A stretch of DNA of 64,000 nucleotides from a virus. Shown here piece after piece: positions 36,473 through 44,056 of the stretch. The notes under the pieces are model-generated. The model did no database searches, was not told the origin of the DNA, and saw only the letters and a list, made by a program, of their open reading frames with translations. The stretch is taken from IMG/VR virus record IMGVR_UViG_3300048854_000232, positions 128,618-192,617 of that record; one strand, 5' to 3'. How positions within the stretch are numbered: the stretch's first letter is position 1; each line of letters begins with the position of its first letter. The translations under genes were made by a program, and so were the position numbers.

Positions 36473-37768
36473 ATGACTCTGCGCCAACACCGCAACCTGC
36501 TTGCCAAAGACAACACCGCATTCGCCCTGGAAGGCCACACCGGTGGCGTGTCCATGGAGCTGGCTCACGAGGTCTCTCTGGCCATCGAGTCGTTGCAGCA
36601 TCTCTCTGACCTGGCCATGGGCCTGGAAGACCTGCGTAACGCCGCCTCCGGGATCTCGATGGCTAACCCGCAGCATCTGCTCCTGATCGAAGCGGGCTTG
36701 AACCTGGCCCACGCAGGCACGTTCCATACGGCCTCCGCAGACGAACCCAGCCTGGAAGCCTACCTCGGTAGCGAAGTATCTCTGGAAGGTTTGAACCAGC
36801 GCATCCGTGCGTTGATTGCCTCGATCCTGCAAGCGCTGAAGATCATCGGCGAACGCCTGCTGGAATTCCTCGAGTCCCTGGTCACCGATCTGGGCCAGCT
36901 GGAGACCCGCCTGGAACACGTCCAGTACGAAGCGGACGATGTCGGCGGTAAGTTCCCCAACCATCCGCAGGTCGCCTTGGGCAACGATGTCTACGGCGTG
37001 GCCACCGATCACGGTTACCCCACAGACGGTCATCGTCTGGTCGCGACGCTCTCGTTGCTGTCGATCCAGTCCAAGATGGTCTACGAGCAGTACGTGCCGG
37101 CAATGCAGCTGATTGGTCGGGCTCTCTCGGCGGAACTGAAGAAAACCGATGCGATCGCAAAGAACCCGGAAGCCTGGCTGACCGAGCTCAACACCAAGCT
37201 CAGCGTCTATAACGTAGACGCCTTCAAGAGCCACGTGGGCAAGACCTCCAACCTCATGGATAGTCGCTACCCCATGGGCAGCGCGATCGCTGCACAGCCG
37301 CTCCCAGGCATGCGCTCGATGGTCTTCGTCGATGGCTCGCGTCGTCGGGACGAAGATCGCAACCCCGTGATCAAGGAAGCCTACGATCGCCAAGCCTCCA
37401 CGGTCGAACTGGTCCGTGCCAATGGCGGACGCTCCTTCGATCCGGGCTCTGCTTCTATGGCCACGATGCCGGTCACGGTGATCCATGATGCACTGCGCGC
37501 GGTACATGGTCTGATCGGTGACATGAAGACCCATTTGGGCCACGGTGCCAAGCGTGAACTCAAAGGCACCCTGCGTGAGCTTCAGACCGCCGCCGAACAG
37601 ATGAGCACCCGTGATCCGGATTCCTCGGAGTTCCTCACGGTCGGCCTGCAGTACGTCATGGCCTACCAGCGCTGGATCAAACTCCAAGCGGATATGCTGG
37701 CCCTGGTCTACAACGTCAGTCGCTCGACGGTCAATGTCTGCGTACGCAACCTGCACGCCTACAAATAA
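36473..37768 (+). CDS. Internal head protein paralogue
   Basis: ALE, SME, GLE, PSLEA and VSLEG sites, and QPLPGMR. Confidence 0.72.
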   Translation: MTLRQHRNLLAKDNTAFALEGHTGGVSMELAHEVSLAIESLQHLSDLAMGLEDLRNAASGISMANPQHLLLIEAGLNLAHAGTFHTASADEPSLEAYLGSEVSLEGLNQRIRALIASILQALKIIGERLLEFLESLVTDLGQLETRLEHVQYEADDVGGKFPNHPQVALGNDVYGVATDHGYPTDGHRLVATLSLLSIQSKMVYEQYVPAMQLIGRALSAELKKTDAIAKNPEAWLTELNTKLSVYNVDAFKSHVGKTSNLMDSRYPMGSAIAAQPLPGMRSMVFVDGSRRRDEDRNPVIKEAYDRQASTVELVRANGGRSFDPGSASMATMPVTVIHDALRAVHGLIGDMKTHLGHGAKRELKGTLRELQTAAEQMSTRDPDSSEFLTVGLQYVMAYQRWIKLQADMLALVYNVSRSTVNVCVRNLHAYK

Positions 37769-37775
37769 GGCCTAG

Positions 37776-37806
37776 CCCCACTCCTTCGGGGGTGGGGTTT
37801 ATGCCG
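37776..37806 (+). terminator. Hairpin-TATGCC element
   Basis: CCCCACTCC-TTCG-GGGGTGGGG-TTTATGCC. Confidence 0.75.
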
Positions 37807-37846
37807 TCTATTCTATGGTGTACGTACACCTATAAGGAATATCGAT

Positions 37847-40627
37847 ATGTCCAAACTCATCAAGCAGTTCCTGGCAGCGCAGCCTTCTGTGCCGAGCCTG
37901 GAAGATCGTGACGACGAAGCTGCAGTGGCCGCTGCCGCTCCGGAAGCTCCGATCGACAATACCGCCGAAGCTCCGATCGACGCCCCGGCTTCCGACGACG
38001 TGGCCCAGATCCCCGCTGGCCTGGACGAACCCGCTCCGAGCGAGCCGGTCGATCCGACCACCGACGGCGATGGCTCCACCGACGAGGCCGCTGGCCTGCC
38101 CACCGATTCGATGGAAGACATCGAAGGTGAGCTCCGTGGTGAACCCGAGAACCAGCCCGCTGGTGACGACGTGCAGGCCTTCTTCGACGGCGACGGCGAA
38201 GTCGAGCGTGACGCGGCCGAAGACCGTGCGGTCGAAGTGGTCGAAGTCCTGAGCGCCGCGCGCGATTCCGATCGTGCCGTGGACGAGCTGTCGGTGGCCC
38301 ACGAAGGCCTGACCGACGTGCGTGACACCCTCGAGGCGATGAACCGCCAGGGCGGCGTGACGTTCGAATCGTTCCAGTTCATCGACATCGCCCTGAACAG
38401 CTACACCAAGGGCATGGGCGTGGAAAGCCTGCTCCTGGGTATCTCGGCCGAGTCCTTCGCCGACGAACCGGCGGATACCCGTCTGGCCGTCTCGCTGGAA
38501 GACATCGACGACCTGCTCAGCCGCATGGAAAAGGCCAAGCCCGCCCTGGAAGCCCACAAGGCTGACACCGGTACCCGCATGGCGGACGTCATGCGTGCGC
38601 TGGTCGGTGGTGCGACGATCCAGTTCGAAGCCTTCGATAGCGAAGGTGCTCCGATGCGTGTGCCCGCTGCCGATGTGGACGCGGATGCGTTTGCCGCCGC
38701 CCAGGCCGACAGCTTCGCCACGACCCGTCGTGAGCAGGGCGCTGCCCTGTCCGATGCCGCCACCGCCCTGGTGCGCGTGCACGGTACGATTGAAGACCAG
38801 AACGAAGCCGGCGGTCTGTCCACCGAAGCGCTCGTCGCTGCGACCCTCGCCATGGAATCGATCACCAAGCCGCTGGGGATGGCCGATGTCGACCTCGTGA
38901 CTTCGTTCGAAGGCCTTCCCCTCGATGCCAAGACCGTGATCTCCACCGAAGGTGTGGGCGATGCGATCAAGGCCGTGGGTTCGGCCATTGCCAACACCGT
39001 GAAGAGCGGCTGGCAGGCAGCGATGAATGCGTTCGGTCGCCTGAGCGGTACGGTGCCGACGACCATCAAGCGTCTGGAAGCTCTGCAGGCCCAGGCCGCT
39101 TCGGCCAGCGCTGCCGGTGGTGAAGTCAGCGGTAAGGGTGTGGTCAAGGCCCTGCACAAGGCTGGCCAGTGGCCGACCGACCTGCCGGTCTACCTCACCG
39201 ACTACTGCAAGTTCGCCAGCAAGATGACGGCGGTCTACCCGCTCAAGTCCTCGGAAGCCTTCTCCGCCAATACGGTGGCTTACGGACACCTGGACTATAA
39301 CAGCACCGAAGCGTTCTACACGTCCTTCGACGCCCTGGCGACCAACTGGAAGGATCCGCGCAAGATGGCGGGCCTGACCAGCGCCGATTTCGCGTTCGAG
39401 GTTCCGGGCGTGGGTTCCTACTTCGAATCGACGGATCTGGATGTCAGCTACACGGGCACCCGTCCGAGCGGTAAGAAGCTGCAGGACTTCTACAGCAAGA
39501 ACGCGATCAAGGGTACCTGGTACCGCGGTAGCGTCAAGCCGCCGGCCGTGGACCAGATCAAGGCTCTGACCAAGGAAGAGATCGCATCGGTCTCCGCCGC
39601 ACTGCTCGCTACGATGAAGGGGCTGCGTCTGGAAGTGCTGAAGAAGACGGCAGGTGACGTCTACAGCAAGTACGTGGAGGGCGGTAACGGTCACAGCAAG
39701 GTCATCCGCAAAGCCTCCAAGGAAACGCGCAAGGCCACCCACCCGGAAGAGTCCATCCTCGACTACGCCTACTTCGCCAGCTTCGTGCTCGCCATCGACT
39801 GGGGCTGGAACGCTGCGTCCGACCTGGTCAAGGTTGCCAACGCGTTCATCGCCTACGCGAGCCGCTCGCTCACCGCTGGTAAGGTCTCGGCCGAATCCCA
39901 CGGGGCGTCGAAGGTGACCGATGCGGACATCCACGCTGCTGAGAAGCAGGTCGGGTTTTCGTTCTCGGCCAAGTACAGCGCCTTCCTGAAGAAGCACGGC
40001 GGTACTACCAAGGGTTCGGAAGAGTTCTACGGGGTAGGCGCCGCCATGGGACATCTCGACGCCGTCAAGGAGTACGAGAGTCTGAAGAAGCACGCCAACT
40101 ACCCGGCCAAAGCCATGCCGCTGAGCGCGGTGGGTGATGGTCACTCGTACGCCATCTTCGATAACACCTCGGGCGAGATTCAGGATTGGTCCGAGCACGG
40201 TGGCGTCAAGAAGAGCCAGGCCCAGACGTTCGATGCGTGGGTTGCCTCGCTCGAATCGATCGGTGCCGAAGATCTCGGTGCCGAAGTCCCCGCCAATGGC
40301 CCGCCGGTGGAAACGGATGAGCCGGAGTCGGAGATCGGTCAGCCGGGCGCGCCGGGTGAAGAAGGTGCCATCGAAGCCGATGACGGTGCCGGTGGTAGCA
40401 AGGAAGGCGACGAGCCCTCGATGGAAGCCGACGTCAAGCAGCTGAAGTCGGGCACCAAGGTCAAGTACAGCCACGGTCACGGTAAGATCATCAAGGTCTT
40501 CACCGCGCCGTTCAAGTACAAGGGCGAGACCCACCAGGCCTCCAAGGACGCCCCGCGCTTCGAATGCAAGGCGGACAAGGGCGGCAAGACCTCCATCCAC
40601 AAGGCTTCGGCCCTGTCGCTGGTGTAA
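37847..40627 (+). CDS. Multidomain internal head protein with C-terminal SMI1/KNR4 (SUKH) and DUF2945-like domains
   Basis: Duplicated S-x-E propeptide. SUKH signature VTDADIHAAEKQVGFSFSAKYSAFLKKHGG..GDG..GEIQDW..AQTFDAWV. Terminal KSGTKVKY..GKIIKVFT..YKGETHQASKDAPRFECKADK..IHKASAL. Confidence 0.8.
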   Translation: MSKLIKQFLAAQPSVPSLEDRDDEAAVAAAAPEAPIDNTAEAPIDAPASDDVAQIPAGLDEPAPSEPVDPTTDGDGSTDEAAGLPTDSMEDIEGELRGEPENQPAGDDVQAFFDGDGEVERDAAEDRAVEVVEVLSAARDSDRAVDELSVAHEGLTDVRDTLEAMNRQGGVTFESFQFIDIALNSYTKGMGVESLLLGISAESFADEPADTRLAVSLEDIDDLLSRMEKAKPALEAHKADTGTRMADVMRALVGGATIQFEAFDSEGAPMRVPAADVDADAFAAAQADSFATTRREQGAALSDAATALVRVHGTIEDQNEAGGLSTEALVAATLAMESITKPLGMADVDLVTSFEGLPLDAKTVISTEGVGDAIKAVGSAIANTVKSGWQAAMNAFGRLSGTVPTTIKRLEALQAQAASASAAGGEVSGKGVVKALHKAGQWPTDLPVYLTDYCKFASKMTAVYPLKSSEAFSANTVAYGHLDYNSTEAFYTSFDALATNWKDPRKMAGLTSADFAFEVPGVGSYFESTDLDVSYTGTRPSGKKLQDFYSKNAIKGTWYRGSVKPPAVDQIKALTKEEIASVSAALLATMKGLRLEVLKKTAGDVYSKYVEGGNGHSKVIRKASKETRKATHPEESILDYAYFASFVLAIDWGWNAASDLVKVANAFIAYASRSLTAGKVSAESHGASKVTDADIHAAEKQVGFSFSAKYSAFLKKHGGTTKGSEEFYGVGAAMGHLDAVKEYESLKKHANYPAKAMPLSAVGDGHSYAIFDNTSGEIQDWSEHGGVKKSQAQTFDAWVASLESIGAEDLGAEVPANGPPVETDEPESEIGQPGAPGEEGAIEADDGAGGSKEGDEPSMEADVKQLKSGTKVKYSHGHGKIIKVFTAPFKYKGETHQASKDAPRFECKADKGGKTSIHKASALSLV

Positions 40628-40640
40628 TCTGCCGTAAGGC

Positions 40641-40682
40641 AAAAAAGAAAAGAGAGGGCCTTCGGGCCCTCTCTTTTGTATG
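40641..40682. terminator. Bidirectional intrinsic terminator
   Basis: AAAAGAGAGGGCC-TTCG-GGCCCTCTCTTTT. Confidence 0.85.
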
Positions 40683-40840
40683 TTTTCTACCATGGGACAG
40701 TAAGTTTATACTTTCCATGACGGATAGTTTGCAAGTCTAAGCGTGTTTGTCCAAGCGTAATAAAAGCGGTCCGAGTAAGGCAGGCCGAGGCTAGGGCGTT
40801 ATGGCAACCTCGAACGAATATCTTTCAACAGGGAAACCCA

Positions 40841-41242
40841 ATGCGCATCGTCAATCACCACCTCGCCAAGGGGGAGAAAGATGCCCTGACCATTATGGTC
40901 ATGGATACTCCTCGTCCAGGTGAAGCCCATCACCGATACGAAATCACTGGCTTTGACACAGCCAAGAATCCGGCAGCCGTAGGCCCGGATGGGTACCGCA
41001 CCTGTTACAACATGTTACCCGTCATCTTCGACAACCCGGCGGCGGCTACCGACGGCCAGAAGAATGGCGTGACCATGCAACAACTGCTCGATATCTGTAC
41101 TGATCGACTGAGACATGAGGGGAGCGACGCCGAGACTCTTTCCGCGCTGGAAAGCCTCGCCCGCGTCGACGACTCCTTACGGAACCTGGCAATCCGTAAG
41201 GCGCGAGAAAAGGCGTATTTCGCTGTAGCTGCGGTTGCTTAA
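40841..41242 (+). CDS. Divergent Tad1-like anti-defence sponge protein, copy 1
   Basis: D.PRPGEAHHRYEI..VIF..NGVT..QLLDICTDRLR follows the Tad1 family pattern. AGGG SD. Confidence 0.65.
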   Translation: MRIVNHHLAKGEKDALTIMVMDTPRPGEAHHRYEITGFDTAKNPAAVGPDGYRTCYNMLPVIFDNPAAATDGQKNGVTMQQLLDICTDRLRHEGSDAETLSALESLARVDDSLRNLAIRKAREKAYFAVAAVA

Positions 41243-41269
41243 CACCAACATCTGCGCGCAGGAAATAGA

Positions 41270-41306
41270 GACGAGCCTACCGGGGAGGTAGGCTCGTCTT
41301 ATGCCG
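41270..41306 (+). terminator. Hairpin-TATGCC element
   Basis: GACGAGCCTACC..GGTAGGCTCGTC-TTATGCC. Confidence 0.8.
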
Positions 41307-41462
41307 TTTTCCCGATGTTTGCCAGGGTCGCTAGTATTTCCTTACACGGATAGGGTATTTGCTTACTACCCCGTTGAAGGATATACAGGGGAAACTGCAA
41401 TTGTTGTCTAACACAACCCAACGGACAGAGACAATCGCTCGACTTGCACACTGAGGTTTACC

Positions 41463-41882
41463 ATGCGAACCATTACCGAACACTTGCAGGCGGAAGGTGA
41501 GAGCCCGACGACTGTCGTTGCGATGGACAACCCGGCCCCGGGTCACGCCAACAACCGCTACGATGCCCTCGGATTCAATACGGTATACAACCCGGCCGCC
41601 GACGTCAATGGCGTGTCTGCACGCTTCACGCGCCTCCCGATCATCTTCCAGTCCAATCCCGATCTTCCGGCCTACATGCCGCAGGACGGTATCAGTACGG
41701 AAGCCCTGCTCGCGATCTTGGCTGACCACCTTGCCAGCCAGCTCCAGACGCCCCAGGCCTGCCACGAGTACGCCGCTGCGGGCCAAGCCGTATCCCACGC
41801 CATCGAAGTGCTCGCTGCTCGTCGTGCACGCGTGAGTGGGCAGCACCCGAACGTCGTTCAGTTCCACCAGAACGTCGCCTGA
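41463..41882 (+). CDS. Divergent Tad1-like anti-defence sponge protein, copy 2
   Basis: DNPAPGHANNRY..IIFQ..DGISTEALLAILADHL..PQACHEYAAA..AIEVLAARRAR. GAGG SD. Clear paralogue of 40841. Confidence 0.7.
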   Translation: MRTITEHLQAEGESPTTVVAMDNPAPGHANNRYDALGFNTVYNPAADVNGVSARFTRLPIIFQSNPDLPAYMPQDGISTEALLAILADHLASQLQTPQACHEYAAAGQAVSHAIEVLAARRARVSGQHPNVVQFHQNVA

Positions 41883-41923
41883 GACCGCATTGTGAAAACA
41901 CAGGGGAATGCGGTCGACCTGAT

Positions 41924-41969
41924 GAGAGAGTCCTTAGCAGGGGGACTCTCTCATTACTTTCTTTATGCC
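41924..41969 (+). terminator. Hairpin followed by TTTATGCC
   Basis: GAGAGAGTCC..GGACTCTCTC. Confidence 0.7.
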
Positions 41970-41988
41970 GTAAACCGCGATTGAACCA

Positions 41989-42007
41989 GATTTCAAACAC
42001 ATAGTAC
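41989..42007 (+). promoter_or_regulatory. Putative phage early promoter
   Basis: GATTTCAAACACATAGTAC. Confidence 0.65.
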
Positions 42008-42025
42008 CCCGGTGAGTAGTAAGCC

Positions 42026-42217
42026 ATGTCTTCTTATCCCCTTTCACATATCCGGAGTTCTCTCGTGCATTTTCTTCAGTTCGTTCATTCGCTGCACTCG
42101 GTTTACCTCGACACCGCGATCGTCGTCGCCATCGTGGGCTGCTTTACCGCGGCGGTGCTCGATGACCGCAAGGCTCTGCGTCGTAACCGTTACAAGAACG
42201 AAGGCTTCGGCAACTAA
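42026..42217 (+). CDS. Small membrane protein (start may be GTG ~42065)
   Basis: Hydrophobic TAIVVAIVGCFTAAVL followed by a basic tail. Confidence 0.5.
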   Translation: MSSYPLSHIRSSLVHFLQFVHSLHSVYLDTAIVVAIVGCFTAAVLDDRKALRRNRYKNEGFGN

Positions 42218-42258
42218 GCCTGACTTATCGCACACCCCTTCACCAGTCAAGGATTACC

Positions 42259-42981
42259 ATGGACAACAACACGCCGCTCCTGCTCGGCCTGACCCCCTAC
42301 CAGTCCCACTCGCGTTATGGTTCGCGTTCGGGCCTGGGTTCGCCAGCCAGCGACAGCACCCATGCTTTCGAAGTGTTGCCGATGGGCGACTTCGAGAAGC
42401 TCCAGCTCTTCATCCCGCGTGAAGCTTTTACCCTGATCGACACCTACGTACGCAGCAAGCACATGTACATGAAGCTCGGTCAGGACATCGTCGCCGAGGC
42501 GGACCAGGAGGAGACCGAGCGTCTGATCTTCGATCTGGAATCGATGATCTGGCTGCTGACCCAGCACACCAGCATTTCCGAAGACCTCCAGCACGCCAAC
42601 TACATCGAAGTCAACGCCAGCCTGAGCGTGTGGGCCGAAATGCTCCGTGGCTTGGGCGAAGCGCTCCTGGACATGCCACCGGTCCTGCGCGGTGCCGATG
42701 CTTACAACATGCACGAAGCGATCGAGACCCGCCTGCGCCAGTACAGCGAGAAGCTCGACGAGACGATGACCGCGGAAGCCGCGCGCATCGCCAACAGCGC
42801 CAACTTCGATCGGGAAAGCCACCTGGCGACGCTGGAGCAGACCCGCAAGATGTTCGATGCTGATCGTGCGGCGGCTGGTAAGCTGTTTGTCCTGTGGCAG
42901 CAGAAGCAGCAGGCCAAGAGCGATATCCTGGAACGCCTGCAGGTGATCGTCGACGACCCGTCGGCTAAAAACATCGATTGA
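42259..42981 (+). CDS. Hypothetical helical protein
   Basis: 240 aa, AAGGA SD, typical codons. Confidence 0.78.
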   Translation: MDNNTPLLLGLTPYQSHSRYGSRSGLGSPASDSTHAFEVLPMGDFEKLQLFIPREAFTLIDTYVRSKHMYMKLGQDIVAEADQEETERLIFDLESMIWLLTQHTSISEDLQHANYIEVNASLSVWAEMLRGLGEALLDMPPVLRGADAYNMHEAIETRLRQYSEKLDETMTAEAARIANSANFDRESHLATLEQTRKMFDADRAAAGKLFVLWQQKQQAKSDILERLQVIVDDPSAKNID

Positions 42982-42984
42982 ACT

Positions 42985-43004
42985 GGATTTCAGACACATA
43001 ACAC
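42985..43004 (+). promoter_or_regulatory. Putative phage early promoter
   Basis: GGATTTCAGACACATAACAC. Confidence 0.65.
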
Positions 43005-43052
43005 TCCCCCGATCCAGTAGCTACATTCACTTCAACCAGCGAGGTATACACC

Positions 43053-43181
43053 GTGGAAAGCGTCACCGGCACCATTTGCAAAACGATTATCGCACTCGCG
43101 TGGATCGGACTGGTGGCACGCCTCTTCGGTGGACCGCTGGTTGTCGTCGTCAAGGAATCGCCCGAGACGAAGTCCGAGTAA
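43053..43181 (+). CDS. Small membrane peptide (42 aa)
   Basis: GAGG SD, GTG start. MESVTGTICKTIIALAWIGLVARLFGGPLVVVVKESPETKSE. Confidence 0.6.
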   Translation: MESVTGTICKTIIALAWIGLVARLFGGPLVVVVKESPETKSE

Positions 43182-43198
43182 GCGTAAAGGAAAGCCCC

Positions 43199-43342
43199 AT
43201 GGTCAACAAAGTCATTGCAGCCATCTTTGGCTTGCTGCTCCTCCGGATCGCTGGAGGGATGTTCATGTACGTCACCGTACGTGGGGCCGTCAAACAAGCC
43301 AAGGCTGAACAAGCTAAAGCCGCCGCACCGGCGGCTCCGTAA
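43199..43342 (+). CDS. Small membrane peptide (47 aa)
   Basis: AAGGA SD. MVNKVIAAIFGLLLLRIAGGMFMYVTVRGAVKQAK... Confidence 0.65.
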   Translation: MVNKVIAAIFGLLLLRIAGGMFMYVTVRGAVKQAKAEQAKAAAPAAP

Positions 43343-43369
43343 TTCTTCCACACTGTCAGGAGACGTGAA

Positions 43370-43492
43370 ATGGACAAGCTCAAGTCGTTCTACACCCGCC
43401 ATGAGGATGTCATCATCTTCGGTGCGGTCATCGTCGCCATCAACGTGGCGGTTCGCGTCGCTGTTCGCACGGTCGACGCTGTCATCGGTTAA
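43370..43492 (+). CDS. Small membrane peptide (40 aa)
   Basis: AGGAG SD. MDKLKSFYTRHEDVIIFGAVIVAINVAVRVAVRTVDAVIG. Confidence 0.65.
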   Translation: MDKLKSFYTRHEDVIIFGAVIVAINVAVRVAVRTVDAVIG

Positions 43493-43649
43493 ACCAGCAG
43501 GGGGTTCTATGGCTGATCGTCATCGGAGCCCCGTCGAACGCTGGGCTCTTCCGCAACACCTACCGGTGCCCCGAGCGCCGGTAGTCTTTCGTTCCACCAC
43601 CCCGATGGCGGATGCCGCCATCCCTTCCAAACACACAAGGAACACGATC

Positions 43650-43946
43650 ATGAACCAGAGCAACAACACCGCCGAACTCACCAACGACACCCTGACCACC
43701 GACGCCGAGAAGAGCGTGGGTAGCACGGTCGTCTCGCTCGACGAGCAGATCACGGCCGTCGAAGGTCAGCTGGAATCCCTGCGTGCCCAGCGTCGCCAGA
43801 TCGGCAAGGTCGCCCAGACGCGCACCCAGCGCGTGGTCAAGTACACCGCGATCGCCCTGACGGGCGCGGCGGTGGTGGCCGTGGGCCTGCGCATGTTCGC
43901 CGGCCGTGCGATCGAAGTCGCGGTGGATGCCGCGCTCGACGCGTAA
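43650..43946 (+). CDS. Coiled-coil protein with a C-terminal TM helix (98 aa)
   Basis: AAGGA SD. LDEQITAVEGQLESLRAQ heptads, then YTAIALTGAAVVAVGL. Confidence 0.72.
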   Translation: MNQSNNTAELTNDTLTTDAEKSVGSTVVSLDEQITAVEGQLESLRAQRRQIGKVAQTRTQRVVKYTAIALTGAAVVAVGLRMFAGRAIEVAVDAALDA

Positions 43947-43951
43947 GACGT

Positions 43952-43993
43952 GCATAGCCAGGCGACCCTTCGGGGTCGCCTGGCTTCTATGCC
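43952..43993. terminator. GCATA-hairpin-TATGCC element
   Basis: GCATA-GCCAGGCGACCC-TTCG-GGGTCGCCTGGC-TTCTATGCC. Confidence 0.82.
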
Positions 43994-44056
43994 GTTCTTT
44001 TTTCTCCTGTCCTTCCTGATCGATCTTATGACCTTCTTTCGATTAGGAGCGTGGCC

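Noticed and set aside
40683-40840. AT-richer intergenic stretches (also 41310-41460 and 62160-62275) as tRNA or ncRNA
   Set aside because: No cloverleaf, T-loop or other recognisable RNA family by eye. Probably promoter/leader DNA.
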